From an uncultured Ignavibacteria bacterium (GTDB taxonomy: Bacteria; Bacteroidota; Ignavibacteria; Ignavibacteriales; Ignavibacteriaceae), in NCBI GenBank assembly GCA_963721075.1, contig CAVRHV010000008.1, positions 8,057-72,056 on the forward strand: a stretch of DNA of 64,000 bases. The letters run 5' to 3'. This document shows, piece after piece, positions 41,384 through 51,200 of the stretch. The notes under the pieces are model-generated. The model saw only the letters and a program-made list of their open reading frames with translations, was not told the DNA's origin and made no database searches. Made by a program: the position numbers and the translations under genes. Position 1 is the stretch's first letter. Each line of letters opens with the position of its first letter.

Positions 41384-43945
41384 ATGAAAGGTGTCAATAC
41401 AGTCATACGATGGTGGGTGGGATTTCTATCCATCATTCTTTTCCAATCGGCTTTGTTCGCTCAAAGCGGTATAAACGATATAGGCGGCTTTGAGCAGACC
41501 CTGCCCTCATACTGGAATATGACGTCAGCCCCTTCAGGTGCAACACTAACCTGGGCAACTGACGAATATCGTTCAATGGGTAAATCGCTGAAGATTGAAA
41601 AAACAGCCACAACAGACTCAGCTATGTGGCAATCGGATAATATGGTTGACCTCTGGTCGCAGAGACATTATGCTAATGTCGATATAAAGCTCGGAATGTA
41701 CTATATGACCTCAGGGGTAAATACCAATCCTGTCAATGAGGATGAGAAGTGGTATGTAGCTTATACATTCTATGACAGCTTAGATGCTGTGATAGGAGAA
41801 AAGAAATTTGAGCTGGATCAGAGCGTAGCCAGCACGAGCGGCTGGGTAGCAGATACCACAGCAATAGGAGAAGTTATACTACCGGAGGATGCATTCAAGA
41901 CGATCATCAGGTTTGTAGGAGGAAAGAATGCAACCGGAACCGTATGGACAGATGACTATATATTCGTAGGAAGAAACGGAGGTTGGGCAGGACAGGACTG
42001 GAACACAGCAGTAGGAGTGCCGACAGGCTGGTTCTACTGGCTGCCGCCGATCGGAGGAAATGATGGCGTATTAAATGCAGGATATGAAAATACAGTTGTT
42101 ACTGATGAGTATGCACATACAGGTAATTATTCGCTTAAATTTGATATTCCTGAAGGTTCGCATGACGGCTTTGTCGGAACAATTAAATATGCTCTTGATG
42201 ATGCACAGCCGGGCGATGTTCTGAGAATAAGTGTCTGGGTTAAGGGCGCTAATCTGGAGCCCGATTCTGTAATTGCAGTAGGTGATGCCTGGAGTGTTTC
42301 ACTTACAGCAATCTACCATACTACTATGGGAAATAATGCAGGGTTCGGAGATTATGCAGCCAGCCCTGACATCCCGCTCCAGTTCCCTCAAGCTACTGAA
42401 TTCGATTGGAGAAAGTTTTATGTCGATGTAACAATACCGGATCCTCCGGCTGGTGAGACAGCAAAATCGATTTCAGTAAGACTTCATCCTCTCGGCAGAT
42501 TCTCAGGTACTGTCTGGATGGATGATCTCCATATTGAAAAACTGGATCTTCCGGATCTCAATTCTATCGGAAGTTTCGAACAGGATCTTCCTTCATACTG
42601 GAATAAAGGTTCTGAGCCTGAGAATTCAACACTAACCTGGGCAACTGACGAATATCGTTCAATGGGTAAATCGCTGAAGATTGAAAAAACAGCCACAACA
42701 GACTCAGCTATGTGGCAATCGGATAATATGGTTGACCTCTGGTCGCAGAGACATTATGCTAATGTCGATATAAAGCTCGGAATGTACTATATGACCTCAG
42801 GGGTAAATACCAATCCTGTCAATGAGGATGAGAAGTGGTATGTAGCTTATACATTCTATGACAGCTTAGATGCTGTGATAGGAGAAAAGAAATTTGAGCT
42901 GGATCAGAGTGTAGCCAGCACGAGCGGCTGGGTAGCAGATACCACAGCAATAGGAGAAGTTATACTACCGGAGGATGCATTCAAGACGATCATCAGGTTT
43001 GTAGGAGGAAAGAATGCAACCGGAACCGTATGGACAGATGACTATATATTCGTAGGAAGAAACGGAGGCTGGGCAGGACAGGACTGGAACACAGCAGTAG
43101 GAGTGCCGACAGGCTGGTTCTACTGGCTGCCGCCGGTCGGAGGAAATGATGGTGTATTAAATGCAGGATATGAAAATACAGTTGTAACTGATGAATATGC
43201 ATACGATGGAAATTACTCGCTTAAATTTGATATCCCTGTCGGATCGCATGACGGCTTTGTGGGAACCAAAAAATTTACACTTGGTGATATTCAGCCAGGA
43301 GATGCGATAAGAGTAAGTGTCTGGGTTAAGGGCGCTAATCTGGAGCCCGATTCCGCAATTGCAGTAGGTGATGCCTGGAGTGTTTCACTTACAGCAATCT
43401 ACCATACTACTATGGGAAATAATGCAGGGTTCGGAGATTATGCAGCCAGCCCTGACGTACCACTCGAGTTCCCATATGCAACTGAGTTTGATTGGATGCA
43501 GTATCATGTTGATTTGATTGTGCCTGATCCCCCGGCTGGAGAAACGGCAAAGGCAATTTCAGTCAGATTACATCCGCTTGGAAGATTTTCCGGTACTGTA
43601 TGGATGGATTTACTTGAGGTAACAAAGGTTCCCGTCGGAGTTACCGAAGGAAAAGAATTCCAGCCTGTATCGTATAATTTATTCCAGAATTATCCGAACC
43701 CGTTCAATCCCACTACTATCATAAGCTACTCAATACCTAAAGTATCTCACGTTACTTTGAAGATATATGATATACTGGGTAGAGAGGTTAAAACTTTGGT
43801 GAGCGCTGATCAGAATAATGGAATCCATAGAGTTCAATGGAATGGAGACAATAACTATGGAACCAGAGTTTCCAGCGGTATATACCTCTACAGGATTGAA
43901 GCAGGTGATTTCATACAAACGAAGAAAATGATCCTGATTAAATAA
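41384..43945 (+). CDS. secreted surface protein made of two about 362-aa tandem modules (CBM-like jelly-roll suspected) plus a T9SS C-terminal sorting domain
   Basis: Signal peptide. Internal duplication. Tail 'NYPNPFNPTTIISY...IYDILGREV'. Confidence 0.85.
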   Translation: MKGVNTVIRWWVGFLSIILFQSALFAQSGINDIGGFEQTLPSYWNMTSAPSGATLTWATDEYRSMGKSLKIEKTATTDSAMWQSDNMVDLWSQRHYANVDIKLGMYYMTSGVNTNPVNEDEKWYVAYTFYDSLDAVIGEKKFELDQSVASTSGWVADTTAIGEVILPEDAFKTIIRFVGGKNATGTVWTDDYIFVGRNGGWAGQDWNTAVGVPTGWFYWLPPIGGNDGVLNAGYENTVVTDEYAHTGNYSLKFDIPEGSHDGFVGTIKYALDDAQPGDVLRISVWVKGANLEPDSVIAVGDAWSVSLTAIYHTTMGNNAGFGDYAASPDIPLQFPQATEFDWRKFYVDVTIPDPPAGETAKSISVRLHPLGRFSGTVWMDDLHIEKLDLPDLNSIGSFEQDLPSYWNKGSEPENSTLTWATDEYRSMGKSLKIEKTATTDSAMWQSDNMVDLWSQRHYANVDIKLGMYYMTSGVNTNPVNEDEKWYVAYTFYDSLDAVIGEKKFELDQSVASTSGWVADTTAIGEVILPEDAFKTIIRFVGGKNATGTVWTDDYIFVGRNGGWAGQDWNTAVGVPTGWFYWLPPVGGNDGVLNAGYENTVVTDEYAYDGNYSLKFDIPVGSHDGFVGTKKFTLGDIQPGDAIRVSVWVKGANLEPDSAIAVGDAWSVSLTAIYHTTMGNNAGFGDYAASPDVPLEFPYATEFDWMQYHVDLIVPDPPAGETAKAISVRLHPLGRFSGTVWMDLLEVTKVPVGVTEGKEFQPVSYNLFQNYPNPFNPTTIISYSIPKVSHVTLKIYDILGREVKTLVSADQNNGIHRVQWNGDNNYGTRVSSGIYLYRIEAGDFIQTKKMILIK
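41470..43630 (+). repeat. intragenic tandem duplication, period 1086 bp
   Basis: 41541... and 42627... read identically for hundreds of bases. I saw only three substitutions in the first about 520 bp. Divergence increases toward the 3' part of each unit. Confidence 0.9.
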
Positions 43946-43997
43946 CGACATATGTCGCCTCAGAAAAGATTAAATTAACAAAAAACTGAGGTGATAA

Positions 43998-44843
43998 ATG
44001 AATTTAAGAAGAAGCTTAATAAACAGACAGCAAATAAAAAGTTCGGAAGGAGAGTTCATCTGGGAATTAGAAAACTCATATGAACTCTCTCCGAAGTTAA
44101 GTTCATTAATACTAATAACAGCCAAAGAATGTTTAATAAGGGAGAATAATTTAAGAGAAGGACAAATAGAAGTTACAGTAATCGGGATAGAGGAAAGATC
44201 GGGAAAAGTAATAGAGAAGATGGAAAAGAAAAGAGTTAGGTTGACGATTGATAACGGTATAGAAGACCTGGAAGTTTTAAGGGAAAATGGAAGAGTAGAG
44301 CTGCGGAGAGTAAGGCTGCAGAGGATAAGCCAGGAAGCGATAGAACAGGAAGGAGTCGTAAGTCAAGAAGATTTATCCAAATATTTAGGATGCACAGTAA
44401 GGACTATTCAAAGAGATATAAGGATTATAAAAAAAGAAGGAATAGAAGTAGTAACCAGAGGATATATTCATAATATAGGCAGATGCCAGACACATAAAGT
44501 AAAAATAATAAGTATGATGTTAGATGGGATGACCTATAGTGAAATAAAACTAAGATCCAGACATTCGATAGGAGCAATAAAGAGATACATAGAAAGTTTT
44601 ACAAAAGTCGTAATGGCACAAAAAAAAGGGATATACAGAGTAAAAGATATAAGTGCAGTAACGGGTTTAAGTGAGGGATTAGTAAAACAGTACGTTGAGT
44701 TGCTGAAGGAAAGCAAAAAAGACAAAACAAGGAGAGAGAATCTCAAGCTATTGATAGAAAGAAACAGTTATAGAGAGCATATAAAAAAAACTGTAAAGAA
44801 GCATTCAGAGCCTCTGGCAGCTATGATGGGAGGCTTGTTATGA
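43998..44843 (+). CDS. multi-HTH protein of unknown function (DUF1670-like by recollection)
   Basis: Strong SD GAGGTGAT. HTH-like segments 'SQEDLSKYLGCTVRTIQRDIRIIKKEG', 'MTYSEIKLRSRHSIGAIKRYIESF' and 'VKDISAVTGLSEGLVKQYVELL'. Confidence 0.75.
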   Translation: MNLRRSLINRQQIKSSEGEFIWELENSYELSPKLSSLILITAKECLIRENNLREGQIEVTVIGIEERSGKVIEKMEKKRVRLTIDNGIEDLEVLRENGRVELRRVRLQRISQEAIEQEGVVSQEDLSKYLGCTVRTIQRDIRIIKKEGIEVVTRGYIHNIGRCQTHKVKIISMMLDGMTYSEIKLRSRHSIGAIKRYIESFTKVVMAQKKGIYRVKDISAVTGLSEGLVKQYVELLKESKKDKTRRENLKLLIERNSYREHIKKTVKKHSEPLAAMMGGLL

Positions 44844-45439
44844 GTTTAAATCAGACAAGAGATAGGTATGAAAGCATAAACAAAAGGAATTTTCATCAGG
44901 CAATAGTAAACCTGCTGGAGAATGAATATAAGATACTGGGGTCAAGAAAAGTACTGGATATGCTGGCAGACGATATAGAAGATCTGCACAGGGAATATTA
45001 TCCGGTAAGCAACCAGGTAGGGATCGGAGAAATAGTTTTCAGAACGACGAAGGATGATGGTCAACGACAGAATTATGGTAAGAAGACGGAAGATTATGCG
45101 GCAGTGACAGTAGTACTTCCACTGATAACCGAAGAAGATGTAGAAAGAAGAATCTTCTATAAGAAGGGAGACCGTAACAGTAATTATAAACACCGGGAAG
45201 CAAGAGATATAGAGACAATGGTAAGGTTGCTGAAGGCCGCCAAGGCACAGGGAGGATTACTAAGCGGAGCAGAGCTGAGTGTTTTAATGAATAGAAGCCT
45301 GACTTCAATAAGGAAATATTTAGATGCTTACAGAACAAAAACCGGAGAGATACTTCCATTGAAAGGATATGTGCTGGACCAGGGAAGTTTACCGACACAT
45401 AAAGGAATCATAATAAGTTTATATGAGCAGGTTAAGTAA
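44840..45439 (+). CDS. HTH protein of unknown function, paralogous to the C-terminal half of the preceding gene
   Basis: ATGA start/stop overlap. GGGAGG SD. 'LSGAELSVLMNRSLTSIRKYLDAYRTKTGEILPLKGYVLDQGSLPTHKGIIISL'. Confidence 0.75.
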   Translation: MSLNQTRDRYESINKRNFHQAIVNLLENEYKILGSRKVLDMLADDIEDLHREYYPVSNQVGIGEIVFRTTKDDGQRQNYGKKTEDYAAVTVVLPLITEEDVERRIFYKKGDRNSNYKHREARDIETMVRLLKAAKAQGGLLSGAELSVLMNRSLTSIRKYLDAYRTKTGEILPLKGYVLDQGSLPTHKGIIISLYEQVK

Positions 45440-45451
45440 GAAATGTAGTTA

Positions 45452-45486
45452 AGGGTGCTGATTATTCAGCACCCTATGTTTTTATT
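45452..45486 (+). terminator. hairpin terminator after the cassette
   Basis: AGGGTGCTG (45452-45460) / CAGCACCCT (45467-45475), followed by ATGTTTTTAT. Confidence 0.6.
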
Positions 45487-45526
45487 CACGATGTAGTTAA
45501 TTAATCTTTTATTCAGGAAAAAACAG

Positions 45527-48229
45527 GTGGATGTAATGTTCACTACGAATAACCATATTAAAAGACTGGTGTCGGTTCTGTCCGTGTTAATATGCATGAC
45601 AGCTAGTCAGGTCTTCGCAGGTACAACCGGCAAGATCTCCGGCAAAATTATTGATAAAAGCACGGGCGAAGCATTAATAGGTGCAAATGTTCTGATTGTA
45701 GGCACTTCGATGGGATCATCATCAGACATTGACGGAAATTATTTTATTCTGAATATCCCTCCGGGAGAATACCAGGTAAAAGCCTCAATGATCGGCTACG
45801 CTTCTGTTACTTTTGAACATGTAAAAGTATCAGTTGATCAGACTACCAAAATAGATTTTGAACTTAACCCCGAATCAATTGAACTCGAGAATGTGGTAGT
45901 AACGGCGGAGAAACCGATTGTAAGAAAAGACCTTACTTCAACTGAACAGACAGTGAGCGGTGACGATATCTCTATGCTTCCTCTTGAAGACGTTGCATCG
46001 GTTGTTAACCTTCAGGCCGGAGTTATTAACGGCCATTTCAGGGGCGGCAGGAGTGATGAAGTCCGTTACCTGATAGACGGTGTGCCGGTAAATGATGTTT
46101 ATTCGGGACAATCATCCCTTTCGGCAGAGGTTAACAGTATTCAGGAAGTCCAGGTTCTCGTAGGAACTTTTAATGCTGAATACGGTGATGCACAATCCGG
46201 TGTGGTTAACCAGGTAACAAAGATTGCCGGAGACAAACTTACAGGAAATATTTCTGCATACACAGGTGATTATGTCAGCTCTCATACAGGGATATTTCAG
46301 TACATAAATCATATAAGTCCAAACGATGTTTATGATTTGGAAGGAAATCTTAGCGGTCCTGTCCCGGGCATTGGAAACCTGTTAAAGTTTTTTGTTTCGG
46401 GAAGATACAATCGCGATCAGGGTTATATCTATGGACACAGGATATTTAACCCCCAGGACTCCTCTAACTTTTCGGCTAATGATCCTGCTGACTGGTATGT
46501 CGGCGCTACAGGTGATAAAGCTTATGTTCCTATGAATTACAGTCATAGGCTGTCCCTTCAGGGTAAACTGAGCATAAATGTCGGCAGTGGAAGAGGAATA
46601 GTATTAACCGGACTTTACCAGGACAATCAGTATAAAGATTATAATCATCTTTACCAGTTGAACCCTGACGGCGATTATAAAAAATTCCAGAAGAGTATAC
46701 TGGGAATAGCAAGTTACACCTTTTTGTTAAGCAATTCTGCTTTTATAGATTTATCGGCCTCGGCATTGCAGTCTGAGTATAAACAGTATGTTTATCAGAA
46801 TCCTCTTGACCAGCGCTATGTTAATCCGGATAGAAAAAAAGATGTCAGCGGCGACGCTTTTTATACCGGAGGTACGGAGAACTGGCATTTTAATCATACG
46901 ACAACAAGTTTAACCGGGAAGGCTGATTTTTCATGGCAGATTGATAATATTAATCAGATAAAAACAGGTGTTGAGTTTACACGTCACGATCTGAAGTACG
47001 AGGACTTTCAGATAATAATCGATGCAACTTCAAATTTCAAACCTATGCTTCCATCACCCGGAGCTTTTAATTACAACACTTATCATGCAAATCCATATCA
47101 GGCGGCCTGGTACATTCAGGACAAGATTGAGATCGATTATCTTATTGTTAATGCCGGAGTAAGGTTCGACTACTTTGAGCCAGATGGACAGTACCTTAAG
47201 AACCCCAACAAAATAAACGAACTTGATGAGCTTCAGCCTCCGTTCCCTGATTCATTAATGGTGAATGCCTCAGCCAAGTATCAGTTTAGTCCAAGAATAG
47301 GAATCTCATACCCGATCTCAGATCAGGGAGCTATACACATATCATACGGTCATTTCTTCCAGATACCCCCGTTTGAGAACCTGTACCGAAATCCTAATTT
47401 CAGAATTCCTCTTACCGGTGATTTTCCCGAAAATATCGGCAATGTAATAGGTAACGCCGATCTTAAACCGCAGCAGACAATAATGTATGAGATTGGTCTG
47501 CAGCAGGCTCTGACAAATGATCTCGGAATGACTATAACCGGTTATTATAAAGATATAAGGAACCTGCTGGGAACAGAAATATATATCAAGAATGAATTCA
47601 GAAAATTCAGTAAGCTGGTAAACAGGGATTATGGATCCGTAAAGGGAATTACCCTGTCACTGGAGAAGAGGTTCAGTGGTGGATTAGGCGCTGCAATAGA
47701 TTATACTTTCCAGGTGGCCAAAGGAAGTGCTTCTGATCCTAATGCAGCTTTTAATAATGCTCAGGCAAATCCTCCTATCGAAGCAAACAAACAGCTTGTG
47801 CCTCTTGACTGGGATGGAAGACATACTCTCAGGTTCACACTAACTCTGGGTGAGCCCGGGAATTATATTGCCAGCTTTATCGGCCGGCTCGGATCGGGTC
47901 TGCCATATACGCCGTCCCTGCAGAATCAAAGAACAGGACTGGAAAACAGCGATAACAAACCACCTTATTATGATGTCGATGTATACCTGACAAAATACAT
48001 TGATATTGCGGGACAGCAGTTCTCGATTTTTGCAAAAGTTTACAACCTTTTCGATACCCTGAATGAGAATGATGTATTCGGTGATACAGGCAGAGCAGGA
48101 TATACATTGGAGCTTACAAGAAACCAGGCTCCTCCCAGAGGTGTTAATACCATCCAGGAATATTTTACAAGACCCGATTTTTATTCAGCGCCCAGGCAGA
48201 TTGTTATCGGGGCGGAAGTATCATTTTAG
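45527..48229 (+). CDS. TonB-dependent outer-membrane receptor with N-terminal carboxypeptidase-regulatory-like domain (start may be ATG 45536)
   Basis: 'GKISGKIIDKSTGEALIGANVLIVGT...DGNYFILNIPPGEY', the plug 'VVVTAEKPIV...', barrel repeats and a terminal aromatic '...GAEVSF'. Confidence 0.92.
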   Translation: MDVMFTTNNHIKRLVSVLSVLICMTASQVFAGTTGKISGKIIDKSTGEALIGANVLIVGTSMGSSSDIDGNYFILNIPPGEYQVKASMIGYASVTFEHVKVSVDQTTKIDFELNPESIELENVVVTAEKPIVRKDLTSTEQTVSGDDISMLPLEDVASVVNLQAGVINGHFRGGRSDEVRYLIDGVPVNDVYSGQSSLSAEVNSIQEVQVLVGTFNAEYGDAQSGVVNQVTKIAGDKLTGNISAYTGDYVSSHTGIFQYINHISPNDVYDLEGNLSGPVPGIGNLLKFFVSGRYNRDQGYIYGHRIFNPQDSSNFSANDPADWYVGATGDKAYVPMNYSHRLSLQGKLSINVGSGRGIVLTGLYQDNQYKDYNHLYQLNPDGDYKKFQKSILGIASYTFLLSNSAFIDLSASALQSEYKQYVYQNPLDQRYVNPDRKKDVSGDAFYTGGTENWHFNHTTTSLTGKADFSWQIDNINQIKTGVEFTRHDLKYEDFQIIIDATSNFKPMLPSPGAFNYNTYHANPYQAAWYIQDKIEIDYLIVNAGVRFDYFEPDGQYLKNPNKINELDELQPPFPDSLMVNASAKYQFSPRIGISYPISDQGAIHISYGHFFQIPPFENLYRNPNFRIPLTGDFPENIGNVIGNADLKPQQTIMYEIGLQQALTNDLGMTITGYYKDIRNLLGTEIYIKNEFRKFSKLVNRDYGSVKGITLSLEKRFSGGLGAAIDYTFQVAKGSASDPNAAFNNAQANPPIEANKQLVPLDWDGRHTLRFTLTLGEPGNYIASFIGRLGSGLPYTPSLQNQRTGLENSDNKPPYYDVDVYLTKYIDIAGQQFSIFAKVYNLFDTLNENDVFGDTGRAGYTLELTRNQAPPRGVNTIQEYFTRPDFYSAPRQIVIGAEVSF

Positions 48230-48252
48230 CCGATTTTTTTATTGGAGTAAGA

Positions 48253-51200
48253 ATGTTATTAAAAAGAATTAATACCAGCTTAATAATTCTGATTACAGTT
48301 TTCCTGATCTATCCCTGTCTTGTTTTCGGTCAGAGGATTGTTGATAAAAACAAAGGCGATCATAACCAGACGAAAAAGGGCTTTATGGATGGAAATCTAG
48401 CTGCTACTGTTTATTATAATTTCGGTGAAGTAGCAGACTGGGAAAATGAACCAAGCAGGAGCGGCGTCTGGCCCAAAGGAACCAACCACACATATGTGGA
48501 CGGTGTTGCTATTATAGTGCAGGCTGAAGCACAAGACCCTGCCGGAAATCTCATTCATCCGCTTGAAACAAATTATTATGAGTTCACCCGTTATGATCCT
48601 TCAACAGGAGTAACATACGGCTGGTGGCCCCTTCCGGGTTATTCCAATCCATATAACAGCTCACCTGCCCGCAGCGATGATGCATCTACCTGGCCGACAA
48701 CATGGCCTGACAGACCTGCCGACTGGAATAATAGCTGGAATGGTTTTTTCGGTAAAGGAGTATTTAATGCAGATGTAGAAACGTATTTCGTCTTTGATGA
48801 TGACGAAGATCGCCAATATTTGCTCGAACATAATTTTCACCCGGATGCCGATGACCCGACAAGAGGAGGACTAGGTATGCAGGTGCGAGCAAGAGGATTT
48901 CAGTGGTCGCAGGTACTCGCTGAGGATGCAATTTTCTGGTATTATGAGATAACTAATATGGGTACATATGATTACCCGAAAACTTTATTCGCACAGTATG
49001 TGGACTGGGGGATTGGAGGACACGACAACTCCTCTAATAATGCAGGTGATTACAATGAACTTCTGGATATATCATATGCCTGGTCAACAGTACCGTTTGG
49101 AAGTCCGGGCAACTGGACACCCGTGGGTTATGCCGGCTATGCATTCCTTGAAAGTCCCGGTGTACCTGATGACAATATAGATAACGATCAGGACGGACCC
49201 ACAGACGAGAAGAGAGATAACCTCGCAGTTAATTTTATTAATTCTCCTGACCAGGATCCATTTTTAAGAAATCCCTTACAGGATACTTTAAAATTTTCAG
49301 CTTTCTACGGATACTCATGGAGACCTCACTGGGATGCCGATGAGAATGCTAACTGGAGATCTTTTTTTGATTTGAATGAAAATGGTGTCTGGGATGAAGG
49401 AGAAGCGCTTCGGGATGATGTTGGAACCGACGGAATCGGTCCGTATGATGAGGGTTATACCGGACCTGATCCTGACGGTACGGAAGGGAACGGCCGGCCC
49501 GACCAGGGAGAACCGAATTTTGGAGTTCTCGATAAAGATGAATCCGATCAGCTAGGTCTTACCGGATTCGCAATTTATCCTGTCCACCAGTATGAACTTG
49601 ATAATGATGAAGAAAACTGGCAGGTGCTGTCTGCATTACCTTCACCGCACGGGCAGATTCTTGAGAACGTCAACCTTGCCAATTACTTTTCAAGCTATTT
49701 GTTCAGTATGAACGGCCGCAATACGTATTCAGCAATTACAGGGCAGAATGAAGAAACAGGTGAAACCGAAAGATTTTCGATGTCGATGATCTTCGGAATA
49801 AATACAAGCGATATTTTCAGGAGAAAGAAAACAGTTCAGCAGATTTATAATGCTAATTATAGATTTGCAAAACCTCCTGAAAAACCAATTCTTACTGCGG
49901 TACCGGGTGATCATAAAGTCACTTTGTACTGGGATGATCGGGCTGAGAAAACTTTTGACGAATTTTATCAGAGAATAAATTTTGAAGGCTATAGAGTATA
50001 TCGTTCTACTGAACCTAATTTCCTTGAGGATAAGATCATTACAGATGCATACGGTAAACCAATATACAGGTCCCCGATTGCACAGTTTGACCTTGTTGAC
50101 GGAGTAACGGGACTTCATCCTATTGATGTGAACGGTGCAAAATTCTATCTGGGAGATGATTCCGGATTAAAGCATTCATTCATAGATACTACTGTACAGA
50201 ATGGCCAGACATATTATTATGCTGTTGCAGCTTACGATAAGGGATTTGAAACTGTAACAATAGAAGGGAATTTCGAAGGAATTCCTCCTTCAGAAACAAC
50301 CACTATCCTGAAAAAGGATATAAGCGGGAATATTACTACAGATATAAACACTGCGGTGGTAACTCCAAGAGCCCCGGCAGCAGGTTATATCGCGCCGGAA
50401 ATACAATCATTTGAAGGCAGTGGTCCGGGTACGGGAAAGATATCTATTTCTATACTTAACCCTGATTCCATAAAAAATAATAATACGTATAGACTGGAAT
50501 TTTATGACAACGCTCCTTATCACAATTCCGCACATCCGGATTATTCAGTTATCAATGCTGTCACCAACGATACATTACTAAACAAAAAGAATATAAAAGG
50601 AGTTAACGAACAGTCCCCTGTACTCGACGGATTTACTATCGATATTAAAAGTGATACAGTTGTCAGCATTGATTATGATAAATCAGACTGGAAATCAGGA
50701 AACAGCAACTATGTTGTACAGCTTGGATTTGATTCCCGTTTTGCGCCGGCCTATTCTGGTAAGAAAATTAATTACCCGGCGGATTATGAGATCACGTTCA
50801 CTGAACCCGGACAGGGAGATCTTTCGTTCCCTGCTACATCGTTCAGTAATCCTATACAATCAAACATAATTGTAAAAAATGTCACCGAGAACAATGAGCA
50901 CTTTCAATTTATTTTCCGCGATCAAAATCACGATGAACTTTTTAATGCAGGCGATGCCATTTTCTTTGTTTTTGGTGATTCGCTTGGTGCGCCGGCAACA
51001 GGATTTTCAAATCTTCACGTTAGCTGGTCCGTTACTCTGTTTAAGGATACTTCAATAGCAGAGGAAGATCAAAAACCTCCCCAGCCGGGGGATGTCTACA
51101 GTTTTGTGAATACGAAGCCATTCCGTGACGGTGAGTTTTATGAGTTCAAAACTAAAGCACAGGGACTCGATAAATCGCAGGCGGCAAAAGATCTTGCTAA

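Larger units (their letters stand above)
43964..45510 (+). mobile_element. candidate IS-like cassette (two HTH-protein genes between imperfect terminal inverted repeats)
   Basis: AAAAGATTAAATTAAC (43964-43979) against the reverse complement of 45496-45510, AAAAGATTAATTAAC. Purine-rich coding strand with AGA/AGG/ATA/GGA-rich codons, unlike neighbouring genes. No recognisable transposase. Confidence 0.3.

Noticed and set aside
43946-43990. CGACATATGTCG palindrome and CCTCAG-N22-CTGAGG stem as a terminator of the duplicated surface-protein gene.
   Set aside because: The first has no loop. The second has a 22-nt loop and no T-tract, and the stem encloses the left inverted repeat of the cassette. 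I treat it as part of the cassette boundary, not a terminator.
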